Below, one piece after another: positions 1 through 10,345 of a stretch of 64,000 bases of DNA. Below the pieces are notes generated by a model. It did not search any database. It worked only from the letters and a program-made list of their open reading frames with translations, and was not told the DNA's origin. A program made the translations under genes and the position numbers. Every line of letters starts with the position of its first letter. Within the stretch, counting starts at the first letter, position 1. Source of the stretch: a virus. The DNA is taken from positions 1-64,000 of IMG/VR virus record IMGVR_UViG_3300045988_164919; one strand, 5' to 3'.

Positions 1-46
1 GTTTTTTGTGTATCATTAATTAATTTATAATTCATATACTTACTCC

Positions 47-1150
47 TTATATAATAATTCTTTCTTTATATAATTTAAGAAATAAATCTGGTCCTTCATC
101 AGTTGGACTATCCTTATAATTAGTAAGCATATTTTTATCAAAAATAAAAGATATATTAAAATAATTTCCATATTTAGCTTTTATTTTTAATAAGTTATTT
201 TTTAAATGATAAAATTCTTCATCACCTATTTTTTGAAACTGTCTATCAAAAGCAATAATAATATCTTTTGCACCAACTTGTTCTAATAACTTCATTTGTT
301 GTGTTGATACACTACTACCACAACAAGCTACTGTTATATCATTTTCAAACCCGAAATAGCTCTAAAATTGTAAACAGCTTTTTTCTCCTTCTACTATTAT
401 TGCTTTCCCTGTTCTATTTATATTTGCTTTACTATTATTTAAATTATATAAATTCATGCCAAGAGGATGAGAATAAAGAATCTTATTAATTTTTAATGGT
501 CTATATTTGCCATATAGAGTAGCTTCTTCTTTTCCTAATATTCTTCCTCTTAGTCCTATAAAATTTCCATTTATGTCAAAATGAGGAATAGTAATTGCAT
601 CACCGCCGGGGTAATAACCAATTATAGCTTGATCTATTACTTCTTGACTTATTCCTTCTTTTAACCACGGAGTTAATTTTATATTATAATTAAATCTACT
701 TAAAATTTGGCTATCATAAATTTTTAATTCAACTTTAGTGTTTAAATTTTCTTCTATACTATTTTTATCATAATTAGCTAAAATTTTCCAATCTTCTAAT
801 CCTAGCTTTTCAGCATCTTCTTCAACTGAACCAGCAATCCCAAAATAATTAGCTATCCAACGAACTGCATCATTTAAATCATATTCTTTATTAGACTGGA
901 TATAAGCTACTTTAATTACTAATTCAAATATATCAAATATATCATCACAGCCAGTATAGCATTTAAATAATTGACTATTTGAATAGTAATAAAGTTTTTT
1001 ACTTCCTACTCCTGGTTCATTATGACAAATGGTTTCAGATAAGATACCAAATTCACTATATTCAGGATTGCCGCCCCAAATATTTAGTAATTCAAAAATA
1101 TTGTCTAAAGTTAAACTATTTTTTATTTCTACTTTATCATAATTAATCAT
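47..1150 (-). CDS. DNA primase, DnaG-like (N-terminal CHC2 zinc finger, C-terminal Toprim); one in-frame TAG at 362-364 joins ORFs 362..1150 and 47..295
   Basis: Zinc-finger motif CHNEPGVGSKKLYYY...CYTGC; Toprim motifs IVEGEKS and DSPTDEG lie on either side of the TAG, in the same frame. Confidence 0.7.
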
Positions 1151-1332
1151 TTTATGCCATAAATTAGTGCATTAAAAAAATTTTTATCAATATAATTTGG
1201 TTCATAAGTAAATATAAATGGAGCATTAGATTTTCCATAAGTTGCCTTAAAATCTTTAGCTCTTATAATAACTTTATATCCACTTATAAATTTGCCAGTA
1301 ATTGGGTCTTTACAAATAATTATATCTCTCAT
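1147..1332 (-). CDS. hypothetical protein (61 aa)
   Basis: ORF with ATG overlapping upstream stop (TAATG); no recognisable motif. Confidence 0.3.
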   Translation of the reverse strand: MRDIIICKDPITGKFISGYKVIIRAKDFKATYGKSNAPFIFTYEPNYIDKNFFNALIYGIK

Positions 1333-1514
1333 TAGAAAGTAATTACATTAACACAAGTGCCTTTAACACCAAATTCTTCATTGACTACCTTGATAAGATA
1401 TTCCTTTGGATGTTTCTTTGCGAATTCGCCTTTAGCAGTCTTTAGATACATTGCTGCCATTTCTTTCGGCATTTTATATTCAATAGTTCCATTCATAATC
1501 TTTTTTTCAAACAT
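1332..1514 (-). CDS. hypothetical protein (60 aa)
   Basis: ORF only. Confidence 0.3.
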   Translation of the reverse strand: MFEKKIMNGTIEYKMPKEMAAMYLKTAKGEFAKKHPKEYLIKVVNEEFGVKGTCVNVITF

Positions 1515-1786
1515 AATTTATTCTCCTTAAAATATAACAAAATTATTTGTTGTTGTTAGCGGTTTAATAATTTCTTTTATAATTAGCTATCCAGCTTTAT
1601 CATCATAAAAATGTTTATCATAATAGACTATATCTTTTCGTTTCATACAGCTACCATTATAATTGTAAGGATTAATAAAAATAATACTTATATTTTCATT
1701 TTGATAATTTAAAAACTAAACTGGACGAGGAATTTCCTCATTATCTATACGAATAATATAGCATTTATTTATTTTATTCATAATTT

Positions 1787-3319
1787 TTAAAAAGCACTAT
1801 CTTCAGCAATTCTAATTTTTACATTTTCCATATCTACCAATTCATAACTCCAATCAGTACAGAAGATTGGAATAATACGACAGCAGCCTAAATCAGCTTT
1901 ACACCAAAGATAAATTCCTTTATATTTTCCTCGACGATTTTTATATACTGATAATTTTATTGTTGGACGTTCAAACGTATTTGTTTCAAGTATTTTTTCT
2001 AAAGATTGATAATCATTATCACGAGCTTGAAGAAGAAGCATACCTACATCAATTTTATCAGCAATTGCTTTTGATCCACGTAAAACATTCTGGTCTGGCG
2101 TCTCACTATACTGATAATCAGCATTTAACTGAGTAGCAGACATAATAAAAATACCATATTGATTACAAATATCTTTCAACCGAGTAGAAAGCATAAAAAG
2201 AATATTATCTTCTCTTAGTTTTACACCACCACTACGCTTACTAATTTCTTCAAGAATTTTCATACTTGTATGAATATAATCATGAAATACATATTTAACT
2301 CCATGATCGCGGATATTTTTCTTAATAACATTTTCTACATCACGCAAAGAAAAATCTGGCATTTCAACAACAAATAAATTAGCCTTACGAAGATACTGCG
2401 CAGCTTCTCTTACTCGTGCTAATTCATCACCAACATATTTACCATTTAAAATATGATCTTCATTTACATTAGATAAAAATGCCAACATCATAGTTTGAAT
2501 TTCATCTTTAGTTTGTTCAGTAGAAATAAATAAAACAGGTTCTCCTCCGCCACCAGATTTGATCCATCCAATTCCTTCCTGATAATATTTTTCACAAGAA
2601 AGATAACAAGCGTCAGCAATCATACTACGAGATTTACCTACACCAGTCGCCGCTGAACGTAGATAAAATTTATTTAATCTTGCTCCACGAGTAACTGTAT
2701 TAATTAATGGACCAAACAATGGAGCACCAACTTCAGGATGTTCCAAAAGGTTATCAATTAATTCATCAATATTATTGCCGGCCTAATAAGCATCATTTTC
2801 CATTTCAGCCACATATTGATATTTAATTTCTTCAATCTTATCATCAATACGTTGAGCAATTTTTTCTAATGACGCATTATCTAACCATTCTTCTTGAAGC
2901 TGTCGTTTTTTTGTATCTAAAATATTATCAGGATCGTAGATATCACTTACATCAAAACCATACCTATCATATGCTCTAAGTAATGACATTTTTTTTAGAC
3001 GACCATAATAATAATCGAATGTGGTATTATCACTATGTAAACTGGCTTCTTGAATCCATTTATTTCCTTTTTGTGCTTCATAAATAGCTTGATATTTTGG
3101 TCGAGTGCTTAAAAAATCTCCAATGGCATCTAAAGTAATACTTTCAGCACCGAGTTCATGTAATTTATATATTGATCCATATACTATCTTATGAAAATCA
3201 TTATCAAAATCATCTTCAGTGATAATATATTTGTCAGTATAATCTAATAGTTTAGGATTGTTATATACACAACCAATTGTCTAAATAATGGCTGTTGTAT
3301 CAATATATTTTGAAGCCAT
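1787..3319 (-). CDS. replicative DNA helicase, DnaB-like; in-frame TAGs at 2783-2785 and 3281-3283
   Basis: Walker A SAATGVGKS and RecA-like core; ORFs 1787..2746, 2783..2989 and the segment up to ATG at 3317-3319 are all in one frame separated only by TAG. Confidence 0.6.
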
Positions 3320-3711
3320 TAATCCTCCTTGTCATCCAAAAAAGAAAACAGATGTTTTCGATAAGGTTTAGGCTTAGGCCGTGGTATTATTATTTCTGTT
3401 TCTTTTGGAATATAATTCTCAACTGTTTTATTAGTATTTTTTTGTTGAGCCAACCAAATAGCATAATAGTAATTAAATGCTTGCTTATAAACCCAAGGCA
3501 CTATACCAATACCATCATTTGATTTCTCTACTGGATTTTGTTTTACTTCATAGAAATAAACTAATGATTTTAAAATTCCACTGTAAGTAAAATTATATTC
3601 TTTAATATAATTTTTAATTTGTTTTTGAATACGAGGATCTACATAATCAGTATGGAATAATTGATTGATATACTATTCTAATTTCATTTTATCTAAATCT
3701 TCTTTATTCAT
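3319..3711 (-). CDS. hypothetical protein (TAG at 3673-3675)
   Basis: Hand translation is continuous from ATG 3709-3711 to stop 3319-3321 with one TAG. Confidence 0.3.
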
Positions 3712-3899
3712 TACTTCTTCTTTACGGTCTGCACATTCAGGATGCGCATAGCGTTTAGAACTTACTTGAACGAATGGATATTTATCTCTGTCAAAAGTTT
3801 TTCCACAATATAGACACTTTACATTATGTGCTATTGGTTCTCACCACCAAACATTATAATTTCTATATATATATTATACTAAAAAATAGATAAAAAATC

Positions 3900-3921
3900 A
3901 ACCCAGAGTTTCCTCTGGGTT
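3900..3921 (-). terminator. hairpin terminator after Sak4-like gene
   Basis: aacccagag-tttc-ctctgggtt followed by a T-run on the minus strand. Confidence 0.5.
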
Positions 3922-3926
3922 AATAA

Positions 3927-4910
3927 TTATTTATTCATAAGTTCATCCTTAATATCATCAATAATAAGGCTTACAAATTCAGCTTGATCAATAGAGGTTT
4001 CAGAAATCTTCTTACCCTTACCAAGATACTTTTCAACAATCTTGGTAACACGTGGAGCATAATATTCAGAATTCTTTGCCATAAGTTCACTAGCAATTTG
4101 CTGGAACTCATTCATAAGACCCTCATAATCATAAGTAGGGGCTTCAGGAGCAACTGTCATTTTTTCATCAGTGACAAATTTACCCTTAGTTTCTTCAGCT
4201 TCCTTGTCAATAGCAGCATGAATAGCATTTACGAGGTTTTCATAACTCATAGGAATTTCAGGCTCAATATATTTAAAACGGCCACCACAGTCAATAGCAT
4301 CAGTGCCAGAACGAAGAGTCAATACTGACATTTGGCCTGGACCCTTTTGATGAGCATAACCATAAATATCAGCCATACCAGTAATAACAGTTCTAGTAGA
4401 TTGAGACAAACTGGGTCTAATAATATTTGCTTCAGTCCCATCAGAACGATTAATAGTTTGTTCCTTCTCATGACCTAGGAAGAAAACAGCATAACCAAGA
4501 CGAGTTAAGCCACGGAACACTTCATTAAATTCATCCTTGAACTTAATCCAGCCCTTGCCATAGCCAAGATCACCCAAAGATTCAATACCATTCTGATTAC
4601 AAATATATTTTTCACAATATTTTGCCGCTTCATCAATAGTATCAACAATAATTGCATCATAAGCTTCCTTTACTTCTGGACGCTTAAGATCACGATAAAC
4701 CTGCTTCATTTCAGTCCAAGAAGTAATATCTGCCGCCATTACACCAGGTAAACAGTTATAACCTTGTTCGAATGCTAACAAAAGAGACTTAGGCATCTAA
4801 GTAGCTAAAGTAGTCTTACCAGTTTTAGGTTTACCATAAATAAAAGTAATATATCCACCTAAATCTTTACTAACCTTATGAGGCTAAATTTTTAAAAGGT
4901 CAATAGCCAT
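3927..4910 (-). CDS. Sak4-like RecA-fold ATPase (phage recombination/repair); two in-frame TAGs (4797-4799, 4884-4886)
   Basis: Walker A YGKPKTGKTT lies upstream of the annotated ATG and is reachable only by reading through TAG; hand translation MAIDLLKI*PHKVSKDLGGYITFIYGKPKTGKTTLAT*MPKSLL... Confidence 0.65.
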
Positions 4911-5060
4911 TATTTAATTTTCTCCTTTTTTTCTAAATCAAATTGTTCAAAATATTTATTTAAAATTTCATTTATTTCTTCTCGATTTAATAAACTGTCA
5001 TCATATATATTTAGTTTAGCTCGATGACCTCTAATGAGGTCATCATTATTTGGCTATTTA

Positions 5061-6008
5061 TTAGAAGTTAAATCCTGCATTTCCATTAGAAGCTGTAGCT
5101 GGTTTTGCACCACCATTATTCTTAGTAGCAAGATATTCATCTCTACGCTGCTTAATAGTAGCAAGATAAGTCTCACGATCAGCAATTGCCTTAGTAAGTT
5201 CCTCAGAAGTATAAGTATCTTCCATATCAAATACGAAAGGCTCTTTCTGAGAACCAGTAATTACATAATCCTTATAAGTATTCTTAAATTCTTGAACTTC
5301 AGCATCGCCCCAAGAACTTTCCTTAGTAACCTTTTTTACGACAGTTCTAGAAACTTGCTTACCCCAAACTTCTGTGAGAACAGGATTCTTTTCAGAAGCT
5401 TCAAGGCCTTCAAAATAATTCATACCGCCTTCATTAAGGACTGTATAAGAAACAGGAAGAAGAGCTTTACGGAAGTCAAAAGCATAACCACTAATAGTTA
5501 CCTTTTCAGGAGTTTCTTTTTCGGGATTAGCTTCTGTACGGACGGCTTTAGTAATAAGCATTGTAGTCTTAAACTTGCAACGTTCGATTTCCTTTTCATT
5601 AAATGGTTCATTCACCATAACATGAACAAATCCACCCTCATTGCGCTTAATACTTACAAGCTCTTCTTTACCATCACGTTCAGCATAAAACTCATTAAGA
5701 CCAACAGTAGAATCAACACGAATACGAGTTGCATTTTCAACTCCATCACCCATTACTGTATTATACTCACCATCAATAATCTTACGAAGAGTAGTAAATG
5801 TAGCATTAGTTTTGCCCTTGGCTGTAGTTTCAGTTACATAAGTGAAATGAACCTACAACACATTTGTCAAAGCATTATCAGTAACAATACTAATAGTACC
5901 ACTAATAAAAGGAGTACCGGGGTTCTTTGAATTAGGGCCGCTTTCCTTCATTTCCAGATTATGCTCATATAGATAACCTTCAATATGTGTTTCATTAACA
6001 AATTTCAT
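5061..6008 (-). CDS. hypothetical protein, possible recombination/ssDNA-binding partner of Sak4 (one TAG near 5851-5853)
   Basis: ORF 5061..5753 extends in frame through a TAG to ATG at 6006-6008; no motif recognised. Confidence 0.4.
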
Positions 6009-6027
6009 TTAATATTTTTCTCCTTAA

Positions 6028-6390
6028 TTATTCTTCAATTGTAATTTCTTTTCCTTTATTAGTAATAGCATAAACAACTGGATTATCATTCAATTTTTCT
6101 ACAAATCCATCATTTACTAATTTACGCATTCCGCCAGAAACACTACGAGAACTAATACCAAGTTCATCAGCCACTTCGCGTGCCTTCCATGCTTCCTTTT
6201 CTGGATGCTCTTGGAGACAAATCAAAAGACGTTTTCCATTTTCAGTAAATAAAGGATTTTTAATTTCATCATCATTACTATTTTTAAGGTAATTCCAATA
6301 GAATTCAGCATCTTCACTCATTCCTATTGGAGATTTACAATTTTTAATCAAGTCATTTACAAAATCAATAAATGCTTGTTTTCTATTCAT
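6028..6390 (-). CDS. winged-helix (MarR/ArsR-like) transcription regulator
   Basis: HTH-like segment ELGISSRSVSGGMRKLVNDGFVEK. Confidence 0.5.
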   Translation of the reverse strand: MNRKQAFIDFVNDLIKNCKSPIGMSEDAEFYWNYLKNSNDDEIKNPLFTENGKRLLICLQEHPEKEAWKAREVADELGISSRSVSGGMRKLVNDGFVEKLNDNPVVYAITNKGKEITIEE

Positions 6391-6420
6391 TTTTTATTTA
6401 ATCTCACTTTCTACTCTTTT

Positions 6421-6458
6421 ATATAAATATTATATCATATTTTATATAAATTTTCAAA
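6421..6458 (-). promoter_or_regulatory. copy of recurrent sigma70-like promoter motif (variant)
   Basis: tatataaatattatatcatattttatataaattttcaaag; palindromic core plus TTTGAA-like element. Confidence 0.4.
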
Positions 6459-6462
6459 GTAA

Positions 6463-7107
6463 TTAATTAATCAATAACTCTTGTGCATAAGGGAGTGTTT
6501 CAATCCATTTACAGAATTCACGCCATTCAGGAAGACGATGATTCTTACGCTGCTTATAGATATTTCTTAAACAACGATAATTTGTTGTCATACGTGCCGT
6601 TAAAGTAAATCCAGCAGGATTAGAATAAAGAATTTCAAGATATAATTTCTTTAATAATTCAGATACCCTTGTCGCTTCAACTGGTTTATTTTCTTTAACA
6701 TATTTTTCTTTTAATGCTACTTGGGTATTATAATAATCAACTTTTTCTTTCATAATCTTGATAATTCTATCATCAACATATTCATTATATGCTTCATCAA
6801 GATTAAATTTAGTAATTCTATGCATAGTAGATTGAGAACTTACAAATTCAAGGAATCTATAACGTTCTGCTTCAACCCACATTTTATTAGAACAAGTTAA
6901 ATCAAAATTAACTCGAATACCAGTTAAAAACTATCCATGGGCTTGATTATCTTTTACGCAAGCATTAATAAGAGTATTACAACGTTTAAAATCATTTTCA
7001 TTTAAATCTCTATCCTATTGGCTTTTAATATCTACTGACATAGGATAGCCAGCAGCAATAATTGATTTATCTAAATCATAAATACAGACATTACTTACAA
7101 TAGTCAT
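6463..7107 (-). CDS. possible flavin-dependent thymidylate synthase (ThyX-like); two in-frame TAGs
   Basis: C-terminal segment NYRCLRNIYKQRKNHRLPEWREFCKWIETLPYAQELL resembles the ThyX C-terminus; the assignment is weak. Confidence 0.35.
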
Positions 7108-7389
7108 TAATTTTCATCCTCCGATAAAGAATAGCCAATTACATTTCCAAGACATTTAACAAGTAATTCAATTTCATCAATTAAAAACTTCTGACTATAG
7201 CCGCGTCCTTTGTAGCAATTAACAAAGTCAGCATAAGACATAAAATTTAAATCTTTAAATCCATATCTTAATGCTTTATCCTACATCATAGCAGGATTAG
7301 AACATACAATAGTTGCTCCTGTGTCTTTAGCAATCAAAAATAATCTACCTGTTTTGCCAGAGCCACGCTTATCAATAACTCTATACATT
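7108..7389 (-). CDS. hypothetical P-loop-like small protein (one TAG)
   Basis: GSGKTGRL motif; 94 aa. Confidence 0.3.
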
Positions 7390-8397
7390 TTATTCTCCTT
7401 ATTTAATACTATAACCAAATTCTTTTGCTTGATAAAATTCCTACCAATAATCTTCTCGACTATCTAAAAGAGATTTATCACATTCTTCAAGAATCTCAAA
7501 AGTAAATTGTTCCGGTCCTAATTCATACATAGCCGGATAAAGTTTATTACGAGTTGGTGCTTCTGCTCCAACCCCACGCTTTATATGTTGTTTCCAACGA
7601 TCAGCAATATTAACTGCCTAACCTATATAGCATTTTTGATTTTCTATATTGGTAATTTTATAAATACCACTATGGATACCTTGACCAATTACTCGACCAA
7701 TTAAATCAGTATAAGATTTTTCATAATAAACTTTCCAGATAACTTTATTAATTGGTTCAGCACTTCTTAAATAAGGAATAATTGAACGAAGTTTTTTAAT
7801 TTCTTCAATATCAATTTCACTTAAATTAAGTTTATAAAACTATTCTTTTTGTTTTACTTCTTCAGCACGCTTATTAGCTTCAACAATAGCATTTTGTTTT
7901 GCTTTTGCTTCTACTAATTCTTGAGATATTTTATTTAATTCTTCCTATTTTTGGATAATTAAATTAGTATATTCTTTTGTGCTTTCTTCAATAGCTTTCA
8001 AATACTCTTGTTGATAATTATCTTCTGCCTATTGGTATTTCTATGCCATCTATTCAGCAGACTAAGCAAGTTTTTCAGAAGCTAATTCATTAGCCTTTTG
8101 GCAATACATTTCAGCATTTAAACTTGCTTGCTAATAATTATCATCGAGGATTTTCTTTTTATCTTTTAAAAAATCTATTTCTTTTATTAATGAATTATAA
8201 TCATTATTTAAATTAGAGATTTTTTCATTTAACTAATTTTGAGCTTGAAGAAGTCTTTGACTTTCTTCAATGATTTTTGCATTTTCTTCTCTTGTTTGAG
8301 TATCTAATTCAATTGTGGCTTTTAATTTATTACGCAGTCCTAAATATAAAAGACCAGCACCAAGAAGAAAACATATTACGCAATAAATTACAGTCAT
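7390..8397 (-). CDS. GIY-YIG nuclease-domain protein with N-terminal transmembrane helix and long coiled coil; about 11 in-frame TAGs
   Basis: C-terminal GIYKITNIENQKCYIG-(TAG)-AVNIADRWKQH; N-terminus MTVIYCVICFLLGAGLLYLGL is hydrophobic. Confidence 0.5.
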
Positions 8398-8410
8398 ATC
8401 TAAAAAGAAA

Positions 8411-8432
8411 AAGGGCAAATTACTTTGCCCTT
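8411..8432 (-). terminator. hairpin terminator
   Basis: aagggcaaa-ttac-tttgccctt flanked by A/T runs. Confidence 0.5.
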
Positions 8433-8449
8433 TTAAATTTTATATTAAA

Positions 8450-8716
8450 TTACTCAGCGTCTTCTGCGTCAAGGTCAAGAGCAAGACCAGCATCAGTAAG
8501 AGAGAGGAACTTCACTTGCTTATGGGTACCATCTGGAAGTTCAATCTCAGCAGCAGTACGAACACCAAGTTCCTTGCGCTGAATAGCAGAAGTAAAAATG
8601 CCATCAACAGTACGCTTCTCAAGACCGAGAGCCTCAGCAACATCAGCAGCGGTGACCTATTCACCATTAACACTCTTTAGATAACTAAAAACTTTCTTAG
8701 TATTTTCCTTCATCAT
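8450..8716 (-). CDS. hypothetical small protein in a GC-rich patch (one TAG)
   Basis: MMKENTKKVFSYLKSVNGE*VTAADVAEALGLEKRTVDG...; local GC is clearly higher than the flanks. Confidence 0.4.
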
Positions 8717-9066
8717 AATAAATAATAATCTCCTTAAATATTTTTTATTTTTATTGTTTTTTTCTTTTTTAAGCATTTAGCTTATGTAAATATTCTACTA
8801 AAAAATTTTTTTAAAATCAAGAATTTTTTAGAATATCCTAAATAAGTTCATCCATAAGCATAATATCTTCCAAACTATCTACATGGCCTGAAAGTTTCAT
8901 AATTTCATCTTTTGCTTGCTGAACTTGCTTCGGGTCTTCATTACGCTAAATTATCTATTCAAGTTTAGCGATTTTATTAGCTAAATTTTTTAGCTCTTTT
9001 CTTTTCATATAGAAAAATTTTTCTTCCTTATTTACGAATATATTATATTATTTTTTTTGAACTTTG

Positions 9067-10275
9067 TCAAAATATTGTATTCAATAAACAATCCTGTGGA
9101 TTTTTATCATCACGAAATCCTTTAAAAAAAGCATGACGTAATGTATGTTCCTTGCTGTCTTTTTCCATGCATTGTAAAGAAACTACTCTATTAAGATACT
9201 TTTCAGGATGCTTTGCAAAATCATCGCGTAATTCATCAGTTAATCCTGAAGAAACTGTTCCAATTTCTACAATTTCACCGTTGTCATTATAAGCTCCAAT
9301 ATGAATTGCAGTTTTCCATCCATAAAAATATCCTTTAGTAACTGGTGTATAACATCTTTCATTATCATTTACTAATTGTGGCCCCCAATTAGTATTACTG
9401 CGATTTTTAGTATATTTATAATAATAATTACCGCTTACTAATTGAGGATTAACCCAGCCAGCAAAACAATGATCTTCTTCAAAACAATCATAAAAACTTG
9501 GTTCTTTTACTTCCCAATATTGCCAACTCTGAATTTCTTTACCTTCATATTCTTTAGTCGCATCATCAAAACCAATAAGAATTGCATCAAGATAATCAAT
9601 TTTTTTAATTTTAATAGACGACCAAGCTGGTCTTTTATCAGGAGCATATTGAGCTGTTTTTAATTTAAGAACAACGCCTTCTTCTTCGTCTTTAAGAGCT
9701 TGAGCAGTAAAGTCATAAATATCTTCATATACTGCTTCAGCTAATTCCATAAAAGAATATTGACTAAAATTAAATTTTTCCCAAATTTTTCGTAAAATCT
9801 TATAACGAGTTAACGCACCATAAGACTGTAAATCTATTCCATTGTATTTAATTACATCATGTAAATAAAAATGAACAGGATTATCTTTTTGGCGATTAAT
9901 AGCTTCATCAGCTAAACAACCCATTACTCGTGTTACATCTTTAGACGTTTTACCTGGATAATAAATTTCACCAATTAATATTGTTCCTTTTGGAACAACT
10001 TGCAAAGCTTCTTTAATATGAGGAACATTTGCTAATTTTTCAGTAAGAATACCAGTATTTTTACTGACATTCCTACTGAAAAGATACATATGATTATTAG
10101 TTTTTTCAAACTCATACCAATATCCATCTTTTTTTAATTCAGCGAAATAATTCCCATTAATGCACATTTCTGGAAACATATTTTCTTTTCCATCAGGAAG
10201 TTTCCAAATTTTCATCGCTTGAATACACTCAGCTTCAGGAGCATATTTATCAATAAGTTCTTGAGAGAAAGACAT
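9067..10275 (-). CDS. ATP-dependent DNA ligase
   Basis: Adenylation motif KKDGYW (KxDG), EGVVLK (motif IV), further ligase motifs downstream; no TAG. Confidence 0.75.
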   Translation of the reverse strand: MSFSQELIDKYAPEAECIQAMKIWKLPDGKENMFPEMCINGNYFAELKKDGYWYEFEKTNNHMYLFSRNVSKNTGILTEKLANVPHIKEALQVVPKGTILIGEIYYPGKTSKDVTRVMGCLADEAINRQKDNPVHFYLHDVIKYNGIDLQSYGALTRYKILRKIWEKFNFSQYSFMELAEAVYEDIYDFTAQALKDEEEGVVLKLKTAQYAPDKRPAWSSIKIKKIDYLDAILIGFDDATKEYEGKEIQSWQYWEVKEPSFYDCFEEDHCFAGWVNPQLVSGNYYYKYTKNRSNTNWGPQLVNDNERCYTPVTKGYFYGWKTAIHIGAYNDNGEIVEIGTVSSGLTDELRDDFAKHPEKYLNRVVSLQCMEKDSKEHTLRHAFFKGFRDDKNPQDCLLNTIF

Positions 10276-10304
10276 AATTTATGTCCCTTTCTTTATTTAT
10301 ATTA

Positions 10305-10345
10305 TATTAAAAAATTTTTTGAAATGCAAATCAAATTTTCGTAAT
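10305..10345 (-). promoter_or_regulatory. copy of recurrent promoter motif
   Basis: atttatattatattaaaaaattttttgaaatgcaaatcaaattttc. Confidence 0.4.

Noticed and set aside
5034-5930. Long plus-strand ORFs (5034..5930, 28428..29594, 31025..32080, 23094..23735, 27702..28313 and similar)
   Set aside because: They lie antisense to well-supported minus-strand genes (Sak4 partner, MVP, TROVE/vWA, flotillin). Their products are low-complexity Ile/Phe/Ser-rich strings typical of shadow frames in AT-rich DNA. No RBS or domain supports them.
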